From the NCBI GenBank assembly GCA_951406725.2, contig OX597825.1, positions 35,526,001 to 35,590,000 of the forward strand: a stretch of DNA of 64,000 nucleotides, written 5' to 3'. Source of the DNA: Octopus vulgaris. Its lineage: Eukaryota. This document shows positions 53,999 to 64,000 of the stretch, piece by piece. The stretch's first letter is position 1, and every line of letters starts with the position of its first letter. The notes beneath the pieces were generated by a model. That model saw nothing but the letters and a program-made list of their open reading frames with translations, was not told where the DNA came from and did no database searches. Made by a program: the position numbers and the translations under genes.

Positions 53999-55705
53999 CT
54001 GCAACAATCCAATAAATATATAACATTACAATTGACAGTTGTCAGACAAGCTACACTAAATATCAATATAGAGAATCATTAACCTGCTTAAATAGATGAC
54101 AAGCAACATTAAAGGACTTGACTGTAAATATAATCACCAATATCTACAAATTCCTCTGTTTACTTTTAGAAGGAATAAATTTGAAAATGTGAACCCAAAA
54201 TTAGGTCCCACTAATCTAGTAACTAGCTGATTTTGCTACCAATAAAATTCCCCCATTTAGTAAATCTATTTTAATAATTTTGTCTCACAGTGTCATTATA
54301 AAGGTGTGTATATATATATATATATATGTTTTTATATAAAGCTATGTTTTATATGAAGACATAGATATTATTTGTTTCTCTGTCAGAAGAATTTCTGATA
54401 TAAATTTCTGCAACCCCATCAAGGCTTTGAGTGAATTTGGTAAGCAGAAAGTTAAAAGCCTATTCTATATGTGTGTGTGTCTTTCCTCGTTTTGACATTT
54501 TACACCAATTGTAAGCTAATCATCACCATCATATAAGTGGTGTTGTATTGTTTGCCATGTTCCTCTTGTCCAAACCAGAGGAAAATATCTTGCTTGGAGA
54601 CATGTGAAGGTTGGCAGCAGGAAGAGCATCTGCTTCAAAAAATCTTATATGACCCAAGCAAGCATGGAAAATCTGACATCAAAATAATCTTGATGCTTTA
54701 TATCCAAAATAGTTGATTTGAAGCATTCAATTGACTACTTTAGTCTCATAGCTTTGTTGAAGGATATCAGAGAGGGTTTATCATCATCATTGTTTTAATG
54801 TCCACTTTTCCATGCTCGTATAAGTCAGATGAAGTTTATTAGGCAGATTTCTACAACCAGATGCTCTTCATACCAAAAACCTTTACCTGTTTCCAAGCAA
54901 GGTAATAAGTCCCCATAGCCAAACATCACTTTACAGAATATTGGAAACAAATGACTTTCATGTACAGCTATCACACAATGTCAAGACAAGGAGATATAAA
55001 CACACACACAAATAAGTATATATATCGTCGTCATCAACATTTAACATCTGTTTTCCATGCTGGCATGGGTTGGATGGCTTGAAAGGAACTGGCAAGGTCA
55101 GGGGCTGCACCAGGTTCCAGTCTGTTTTGGCTTGGTTTCTATGACTCAATGCCCTTCCTAATGCCAAACTTTCCAGAGTGTACTGGATGCTTTTTATGTG
55201 GCACCATCATCAGTGCTTTTTATGGGGCACCAGCAGCCACACTGATGCATTTTATGTAGCACCTTGGTTTTTAGGACCTCAATTCTGTTGTGGTGGGCAT
55301 GTCTTAAGTGCAGCAATGTACCACATATCTCAATCCTCTGTCACAACTATACATACAACAGGCTTCTTTCAGTTTCTGTCAAGTAAATCCTCTCACAAGA
55401 CTTAGGACAGCCCACTAGGGCTTTAGTAGAAGATATTTGCCCGAGTTGCTATGTAGTGGGACTGAACCCAAAACCATGTGGTTAGGAAGCAAACTTATAA
55501 ACTATACAGCCATACCTGCACCTCACTTAACAATAACATCTCAGTAAAACTGTGAATCAGAGAACAATGGAGGAACTTTTTTTGCTTTTGAAACTTGTAG
55601 AGTTAAGATGAAAACTGAAGAAAGTTCATTAACTGAATAAAAAAAATTAAAATTTAACCAATCAGGTAAAAAAAGTGTGAAAAATTTTTTTTTTTTTTTT
55701 CTTAC

Positions 55706-55847
55706 CAAGGACACTCTTTTCGGGAGCTGGTGGCACAATTCGTCCATCTCGAATGTACTTAAGAGCTAATTTTTCATGTAGTCCCAAGAAATCACTGAAT
55801 CGTCTTAGCACTGTCATGGTAGTTTTACGGAATGCAGGAATATTAGT
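55706..55847 (-). CDS. SNX2: SNX1/2 exon, PX core (TNIPAFRKTTMTVLRRFSDFLGLHEKLALKYIRDGRIVPPAPEKSVLG)
   Basis: RRFSDFLGLH and PPAPEKS motifs; ttttcag acceptor and gtaag donor; 142 nt, phase 0-1. Confidence 0.97.
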
Positions 55848-56450
55848 CTGAAAATGTGAAAAGATTAAATAATTTTTCATACTGTTTATTATTATCATTT
55901 TTATTTCTTTTCATCTTAAATTTTTGTTAATTGCGTACAAGATTCTAATAACTACGAGTTACAACATCACTTTGTGAATTAAAATACTGAAGTCCTGCAG
56001 GAGAAATGTTTTTCTACACTTTTCTATGTAAGCCATCAACTTAGTAGAAACAGCAAACATATCTCCCTGAATTTGTATCTTACAAACTTAAAAAAGGGAG
56101 GATATCATTAAATGCTGTACCCCTAGATATGCAGTGCCTGAATAAAACAAAATGGGATGACTATGTTTAGAAGCTCTCCAATTATGGACCTCTTAATACA
56201 GCCAGATCCGAAGTTTAAAATCTACATGTGGATGAAAGAGCCAAGTTTCACAAAATACTTAAATGTCCTTGGAATGTGAGCCAGCTTTAGTGTTTTCTAA
56301 CAGATCTGTTGTGAGGCACTTGCTGAATTTTGACCCATAGGTAAGATTTTCCTGGCTCAAAACCATGACCAGTAATATCACACTAAAACGCTTTAACACC
56401 AATGTGATATGGTTTGACTAATCAACACTCGCTCCCTTATGGTTGATGCA

Positions 56451-56528
56451 GGCTTTAGTAGAAGATATTTGCCCGAATTGCTATGTAGTGGGACTGAACC
56501 CAAAACCCACTACATAGCAACTCGGGCA
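56451..56528. repeat. 57-bp direct copy of 55419-55475 followed by a 23-bp inverted copy
   Basis: 56/57 identity for the direct copy; 56506-56528 is the exact reverse complement of 55438-55460. Confidence 0.92.
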
Positions 56529-57414
56529 GTAGTGACTTTTCTTGCCATATGGTTCTGCTAAAGGTTCTGGAAAATGCAGCTTACAGATATAAAAAACTGG
56601 TAAAATCCAACTTCAGACTACATCTACTTAGCCAGCCAGATAACTTTATGTCACTTTATTCAGAGGGTTGGTCACCTGGCTTTTTTCACATTTTCTTATT
56701 TAACATGCTTATGTCATATTTGACAAGAGGAAACAAACTTAAACTGTAGTGCTGAATAGCGCACATTAATTATACACTGACTTTAAATTCCTTCTACTTA
56801 TTTTAACTTCAATGACTATTATGTACTACTTTCATATTACCTAGCAAGTTGATTCCGAAACAATATGTTCACTTTTTTATGATTATTGTTCCATTAACTC
56901 TTTACTATTCAAATTACTGTCAATCATAATGCTTATTTATTCACAATATTTTGAATTAATCATATAGCTATGAGGATTTCACTGAAGTGACTATTTTTAG
57001 GATAACATTGTAAGGTAGGTGTAAGAGTCCAGATTTTAAAACAAAGAATATTTGGGCCAGATATGGCCAGTTTAAATGCTAAAGGGTTAAATTATTTACA
57101 AATACACAAGTAAATATGAACATTGCAGACTAATAAAATATTTGAAATCTCAAGTGTTAGAATGGTCATATTGTAAACTACCTACCAAGAATAAATTGAT
57201 CACATACTAAAGATGAAACCTACACACTGACAATATTTTGCAGTCCGGTAATAAGCATGAATTAATAAAATCTACCTAGAAACATTTGCTCCAACAATTT
57301 ATACATAAATATACAAATTTAAATAAATAAATAAAATAAAATAAAATAAAAGACAACCTTAAGCCAAACAAAGAAAAAAGACTGATTAAAAAGTACAATC
57401 AAAAGTCAGGTTAC

Positions 57415-57516
57415 CTTGGAGATGACTTTATAAACAATATAGGCTCCCATGCCATCTCCTACCCTGTTGGGTTCACAGACTTTTATTTCAAGAGTAAAAG
57501 GATCTTCTTCCTCAAT
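57415..57516 (-). CDS. SNX2: SNX1/2 exon, start of PX domain (IEEEDPFTLEIKVCEPNRVGDGMGAYIVYKVISK)
   Basis: tttcag acceptor and gtaacc donor, 102 nt, phase 0-0; GDGMxAYxxYKV is the SNX1/2 PX beta1-beta2 signature. Confidence 0.95.
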
Positions 57517-57590
57517 CTGAAATCAATGAAAACAAAATTTATAATTTATTTATATATATATATATAGAGAGAGACACATACACACATACA

Positions 57591-57622
<32 letters not shown>

Positions 57623-57851
57623 AAATTATGCAACTAAATAGAGCAATGCATTTTGTCCATCACACTAATTCTGTTAATCAGTTGCTTTAGTATAGGATAC
57701 AGATAAAAATTAAATACATCATCAACATTTCAAGCAAAATACCCACCAGTAGTCAGCTTTCATCTGTTATTGAAAGGTTGTCAATGAGATGAAAGAGGAA
57801 GATGGCTAGCATGATGAAATGGCTGAGTAAAACACAAACATCATACACACA

Positions 57852-58828
57852 CATCATCATCATCATTGTTTAACGTCCGTTCTCCATGCTAGCATGGGTT
57901 GGACGGTTCGACCGGGGATCTGGGAAGCCAGAAGGCTGCACCAGGCTCCGGTCTTATCTGGCAATGTTTCTACAGCTGGATGCCCTTCCTAACGCCAACC
58001 ACTCTGTGAGTGTAGTGGGTGCTTTTCACGTGCCACCTGCACTGGTGCCAGGCGAGGCTCGCATCGGCCATGGTCGGATTGGTGCATTTTACGTGCCACC
58101 TGCACGGAAGCCAGTCGAGGTGGCACTGGCTTCGGCCAAGATTCGGATGGTGCTTTTTATGTGCCACCGACACGGAAGCCAGTCGAGGCGGCGCTGGCAT
58201 CGGCCATGATTCGGATAGTGCTTTTTACATATCTCCAGTCCAGGGGTCCTGGCATCTGCCGAGTGCCAGTCATAGGATTGGTTCAATTTCGATTCCGATT
58301 CTGATTTCACTTGCCCCAACAGGTCTTCGCAAGCAAAGGGGGGTAGGCATAGGTGCCTGTCGTCGAATGAGGTTCGATATCGACTTCGCTTGCCTCAACA
58401 GGTCTTTGTGTGTCCAAGGGAGGAAAGGCATGCATAAGTGGGCTGGACTCACTTGTCCTGCCTGGTCTTTTCATGCACAGCATATTTCCAAAGGTCTCGG
58501 TCACTGGTCATTTCCTCAGTGAGACCTAAAGTTCGAAGGTCGTGCTTCACCACCTCGTCCCAAGTTTTCCTGGGTCTACCTCTTCCACGGGTTCCCTCCA
58601 CTGTTAGGGATTGGCACTTTTTCACACACCTATCTTCATCCATTCTCGCCACATGACCATACCAGCGCAATCGTCTCTCTTGCACACCACAACTGATGCT
58701 CCTTAGGTCCAACATTTCTCTCAGGGTACTAACGCTCTGTCGAGCATGCACACTGACATTACACATCCATCAGAGCATACTGGCTTCATTTCTCGCGAGC
58801 TTACGCATGTACTCAGCAGTCACGGCCC
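57852..58828 (-). mobile_element. 3' fragment of a younger RTE LINE subfamily with tandem repeats in its 3' UTR
   Basis: ORF 58449-58766 (RLRWYGHVARMDEDR...GRGRPRKTW); CpGs retained; same terminal motif and (GAT)n tail as the 31590 copy. Confidence 0.92.
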
Positions 58829-59155
58829 CATATTATATAATGTGAGGGTGCATGGCCTGGTGGTTAGGGCATTGCACTCACAATCACAAGATCATAGTTT
58901 CAATTCATGGACTGGGTGGTGCATTGTATTCTTGAACAAAAAAATTTCATCGCACATTGTTCTGTATTCACTCTGACACCTGACATGTGGTACACTATTC
59001 ACTTATTCAGGCAACGTCAGTTTGATGGAGTGAGTCAGCTAATGTACAGCACATACGTTTGGTCACTATAAACAAATTGCTTGTGCAGGTCATTCAGCAA
59101 AAACTGAACTCTTACATATTGTCTTTGACACAGGAACATGCATACATACACATAC

Positions 59156-59355
59156 CTCATTTTTGTCTTGCTTCATAGTCGATGAAGACATTTTCGAAGT
59201 AGTTGATGTCTGTGAGATACCGACTCTTGGAGGTTCTTCATCTGCTCTGGAGACATCACTGCTCTCTGACGGGAGTGACACTCCAGCCGGTTGGGCCTCA
59301 GTCGGGGTTTCGGTCTCCTCTTCATCGGAGTCCAACCTTACTTCAGTCCCACCAC
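59156..59355 (-). CDS. SNX2: SNX1/2 exon, acidic N-terminal region (GGTEVRLDSDEEETETPTEAQPAG...KQDKNE), phase 1-0, 200 nt
   Basis: tttctcag acceptor and gtatgt donor; matches ORF 59090-59335; in frame with the first PX exon. Confidence 0.88.
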
Positions 59356-59525
59356 CTGAGAAATATCAACATAGTTATACAGACAAGTAGACATGGAAAA
59401 CATTCAAACATTCAATACTTCCTAAACTTTCCACCTAACAATAACAATTCTCTATAGGAATCAAGGACCACAAAACGGTCTCTTCCTTAATTTCTGATGG
59501 AATCTGAACGATCTACAACTACTAC

Positions 59526-59568
<43 letters not shown>

Positions 59569-59596
59569 ACTACTACTGCTGCTACTACTACTATCA

Positions 59597-59825
59597 GAAA
59601 GGCAGTGAGCTGGCATAATTGTTAGTATGCTGGGCAAAAGGCTTAATGGCATTTCAACCATCTTTATATTCTGAACTTAAATTCTGCCGAGGTCACTTTT
59701 GCCCTTCATCCTTTTGGGGTTGATAAAATAAGTACCAGTTAAGTACTGGGGTCAATGTAACTGACTTACCCCTCCATCAAAATTCCATGCCTTATACCAA
59801 AATTTGAAATCATTATCATTATTAT
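59597..59825 (+). mobile_element. tRNA-derived SINE with Nin/Deu-like central domain and (ATT)n tail; representative of many copies (e.g. 4020-4220, 15340-15560, 23975-24180, 48765-48985, 61370-61570)
   Basis: AGGC.G.GAGCTGGCA head, GTTCAAATTC-like B box, conserved GCCTTTCATCCTT..GGGGT.GATAAAATAAGTACCAG core. Confidence 0.85.
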
Positions 59826-60694
59826 TATTATTAGTAGTAGTAGTAGTAGTAGTAGTATAATCTAATTAGCTAGGGATATATGCTAAGGCCAACAACAGCT
59901 AACAGTCTAACAAAGAATAAAACAAGAGCTACATATTTACAGATTTCTAAATATAATCATAGTAATGTATGCATATGCCTAAAAAATTTTACAATCTAAG
60001 AAGCAAACAGATGTATTTAAAATAGTAAAGGAATATACCATCTTATGAAAGTAGAAAACTATGGTGACAAAATAAAAAGAATTCAATGCAGAATGAACAA
60101 CTTGTACTAAAACTGAGAAGACAAAGAGTCATAAGGCAGCTGTAATCTAACTAGGGAACCACAAGCCAACAAGGGAGTCTCACTCCAAGTGGTCACTCAA
60201 GTTGCAAGAAATAGCAGATAAATTTTCTTCAAATTACACCCCACTAGGTTAAATAAAGAAACGCATTGTACAACACAGTTCCCAATGTACAAAAGGAGAA
60301 AAAAAAACAACACAGGATAGTAACAGCTAGACCACTTTTGATCATTTATCTGCTTGATAAGAGCTAACCTGAAGATAAGCAACAACAACTGAGAAGAAAT
60401 TACATTTTGTACCAAGAGGAAGAGTACTTCAAATGACCAACTGCCAATTCTATAACAGGGTCTTTGGAAACATTTCTGAAACCATACTAACAGAAGGTTT
60501 GTGGCTGTTTCATAAAAACATTACCAAAAATTATCATCATTACTGGTGATAATTATATAGCAATAACAAAAAAGAACATAAATAAATATATCCAGTGTGC
60601 ACTTGCATGCAAGAATTAACGACAGCAAGCAATTTCAGACAGAAGAAAATGAAATTAAAAAGATACGATTCAAACATTCATGGTGCACACACAA

Positions 60695-60743
<49 letters not shown>

Positions 60744-62074
60744 TCAACAAAACTGTGCAACAAAAATATAATGGAAAAAGAAAATAGAAAACCTGAATTC
60801 AGTTTTTTTCCAGATAACAGAAGGAACAATTTAATATAAGGTCATAGATAATTCTAGCTCTTTCTATCCTTGCCTTTTAAAATATAACATCAATAATTTT
60901 CTTTTCTTATAAGTGTGTCAATGAAATCTTATTGAAAAACTTCTCCTCCTTTTCATATTTTCAATTAGTCTGAGAACTATATCTTTAGTGTTTTTAATTC
61001 CACTTAAGACTAGAAGATGCTTATAACTGAGTCAATGTAAAGTTTTATTTTAAATTGTTACAAGGGCAGTGAAAAAATAAAAAAAAAGGATACACAGAAA
61101 GAGAAGGGAAAATTTTGAGAAAGGACGTTCACTCAATTATTTTTCAGACAAGAGATAAAAATTGCATTGATATTTAATATTTAAATCATCACTACCTTTA
61201 CATATGTCAGGAACCTAGTGGATAAGACCATTACAACTTTAAGCTTAGAAATAAGGGTTTTGTGTCCAAATCCAGTTTGGTACCATGTACATATTGAAGA
61301 ATAAGACACCTGATGATGATCATAGATTAAACCAATCAAAAAGTAGTGCAGATGTAAGTATTAGCTTCAAATTTTGGTACAAGGTCAGCAATTTCAGTGG
61401 AGTGATAAGTCGATGACATCAACACCAATACTCAACTGGTACTTATTTTATCAACCCCAAAAGAATGAAGGGCAAAGTCAACTTCAGCAGAATTTGAACA
61501 TAAAGACAGACAAAATGCAAGAGAGACTAAGCATTTTGCCAGCATGCTAAGAATTCTGCCAACTCAGCAACTTGCAAATGTAAATATTAAAACATTTTAT
61601 AATTATAAATAAGGCTAATTAGTGTGAAAAATTATAATCTTATTGACAATAATTAATCTCAGGCAATTAGATGTTTAAAGTTTGCTCAGTTTGGAACTGA
61701 AGAAAAACAAGGAGGTGGAGAAGAGCAACATCAAATGAGCCTAGATGGAAGAATCAGCAATTTTGGAAGAGTAGGTCTTTAAATAAACCTGATGTCAGAG
61801 TTGGGGAATGAGGACTTGCCTTACAGACAGGCTGATTTGGCTCAGATTATGTGCTTATATGTATGTGTTCTGTATTAGGTGTGAGAAAAGATCAACTCCT
61901 TAATCAACTAAGTACTACATACATCATTTCTCTGTCAGTTACTAGAAAGAACTGGATACAAATATTCTAAGCCTGTCTGTAAAAATGTGTAGCACAATGT
62001 ATCTTTAATTGCATGCAGTTTTGAAAACAGCAGCTCTAGAGCAACTAAGAAAATGTTTGCCATAATGGCAACTG

Positions 62075-62116
62075 AAATAATGTCATGTGAATCAAGAGAT
62101 TCACATGACATTATTT
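62075..62116. repeat. Perfect 19-bp hairpin with 4-nt loop
   Basis: AAATAATGTCATGTGAATC-AAGA-GATTCACATGACATTATTT. Confidence 0.95.
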
Positions 62117-62264
62117 TATTAAAACTGAATAAGCAACCACAACTGAACTGACATCCAAGGAGAGTGACATTGATGAAAACATAAAACAGTGATTAACCCT
62201 CAAAACACCAACAACTGCCTTTCAACCATGGAAGAAAACATAGAATTTACACAAACATGTTTAA

Positions 62265-62482
62265 TCTTTTAGCATTTAGACCAGCCATCAGGCCCAAACA
62301 CTCTACCCCTTTTCTGTTCAAAATGGTCAGATCTACCCTCTCACACCTACCCAACAATGTCATTCTAAACATAAACAATCACATCAGCAAAATCTTAAAG
62401 TTAAAAGATAGTGCATGATTAATTTAAAACCATGTGAATCAATGAGTATTACTATTGACAGAGTAATCTGAATGCTAAAGGG
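62265..62482 (+). mobile_element. piggyBac-like MITE (other copies at about 29557-29753, 43469-43669, 47862-48084 and, inverted, 56898-57086)
   Basis: TTAA flanks; CCCTTTAGCA-like and TGCTAAAGGG termini; shared internal sequence of about 200-220 bp. Confidence 0.75.
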
Positions 62483-63212
62483 TTAAAATAAATCAGTGGA
62501 TCAACAACTTGATGTGAAGAGGTGAATCTACTTAGCAACAAAGCAGAAGAACTATTTCTTAGGTAGGGCAATTTCTTCAAACTAAGAACACATTCTAAAT
62601 TGTGAGAGAAACAACCTCCACAGCAATACAAAATCAATAACAAGAATATCAAAATCAGAATTTGTTTCCTTTCTTTTTTTTTTTTTTTGTATTTACAGTA
62701 CCAAACCAAATTTAATCTAATTTTCAGGAAGTTTGCCAAATTTCTACAACAGGAAGAATTAATCAGATTGAACTGAATCAACAAGATTCAGATATTTTAT
62801 CCAAAATATCATTGTTGTTGGCCATAGTTTATTGTCAATTAAGAAAACACACACTAATACGTAAACTATAAGCCAGTTAATTATGTACCTGCAAAATTAT
62901 GACACTGCTACCAAAACTTTGCTTATTGATTATTTTGAGTCCAACAATTTCATATTAAGAATACAATTATTTCATCTATTTAGACAAAACACTTAAATTT
63001 CCATATTTTTTAACAAATATTCCAATATCTTCACTAGGTTTCACAGGTAAAGGATGAATTTTATTCTTTTTCTTATTCATTTTAGTTAAGAACGTTATAA
63101 TTATCACTTATAATTATTGAGATTTAGTAGGTTTCAGTAATAGAATAGCTAAATTTCTATGATATTCTAAAGACAATATGGATCAATCAATCCAGGAGTG
63201 TGAATAACTCAC

Positions 63213-63314
63213 TGTTGAGAGTAGGGAGAGCACTTCCAGCCGGCTGAGCTTCAGTCGGTGTATCAGTAGTGGACGGCTCAGTGTCTGGTTCCAGACTGAT
63301 TTCGGTCCCACCGC
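63213..63314 (-). CDS. SNX2: SNX1/2 exon, N-terminal low-complexity region (xGGTEISLEPDTEPSTTDTPTEAQPAGSALPTLN), symmetric phase 1-1, 102 nt
   Basis: ttggcag acceptor and gtgagt donor; open frame joins the next exon (A|GT = Ser); peptide is paralogous to the start of the next exon. Confidence 0.8.
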
Positions 63315-64000
63315 CTGCCAACAATACACCACACACATTACACACAAACCAAACACAACAACAACAATAATAATAATAAAAAAAATTTAAATAATGTTCT
63401 CTAATACAATATTTTCAGTAAAATAAAGTGACTGTAACATAAAGACACATTGTGTCATCATAGTTAAAAATAAAATTTCACAACAGTTTCAAAGAAAACA
63501 TTTTGAAAAGAATTGGTGAATCATTAATATGGTTTCTTACATGGGTAATGAGGACACACATTTACTAAGCAACCTCAGTGTATACCTGGTAATTAATTTA
63601 TTGATTTAACAGTTGACTTTTTGAAGGCAAATACTATCAAACATCAAAGGCATACTAGCATTTCTATCACTCCATGGCCAAATTAGTTAATACATCATGT
63701 AACTGATTTAAAAAAAAAAATGTACATTTGAATTTTTGAAGATGCTATTTACAGTGATCAAAGATTTGTGGTTTATATGATCCAAAACTTGATAGGGAAT
63801 CCAAAACATTGAAGCGTTCTGGTGTAAGAAGAATGTCACATCCAGACTTATAAAATGAAATAAATGAAGTGTCTATTGCAGTGAGCTGCAAGTGGTCGGT
63901 GCATGGTACACTATGAAATTTTGAAAATATAACTTAAGGCTTCACAAAATTTTATTAAAAAATGCTCGAGTGATTACAAAAAAATGTGTAAATATTAAAA

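Noticed and set aside
58017-58230. CRISPR-like regularly spaced repeats
   Set aside because: Whole units are homologous, with no unique spacers and no cas genes; they lie in an RTE 3' UTR of a eukaryote.

Overview
This is eukaryotic, AT-rich, microsatellite- and SINE-dense DNA. Its repeat families resemble those of coleoid cephalopods, probably Octopus (an inference from repeat content). The only supported host gene is part of a minus-strand sorting nexin 1/2 (SNX2-like, PX-BAR) gene. Seven GT-AG exons splice into one open frame: N-terminal low-complexity region, PX domain, amphipathic linker and the start of the BAR domain. The first and last exons lie outside the window. One intron (544-52955, 52.4 kb) fills most of the window. 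It holds SINEs, RTE LINEs, Tc1/mariner, hAT and piggyBac-like MITEs, and Penelope-type elements with hammerhead ribozyme cores. Main findings: (1) an in-frame, CpG-retaining 81-nt candidate cassette exon mid-intron that would insert 27 aa between the amphipathic helix and BAR helix 1; (2) a tandemly duplicated N-terminal exon whose differences are mostly synonymous; (3) a tRNA-headed non-autonomous Penelope-type element with inverted hammerhead-bearing repeats, a tail and a TSD, plus a separate near-intact minimal hammerhead; (4) a templated fold-back insertion that brackets a PX exon with complementary sequence. All calls were made by eye, without database searches.
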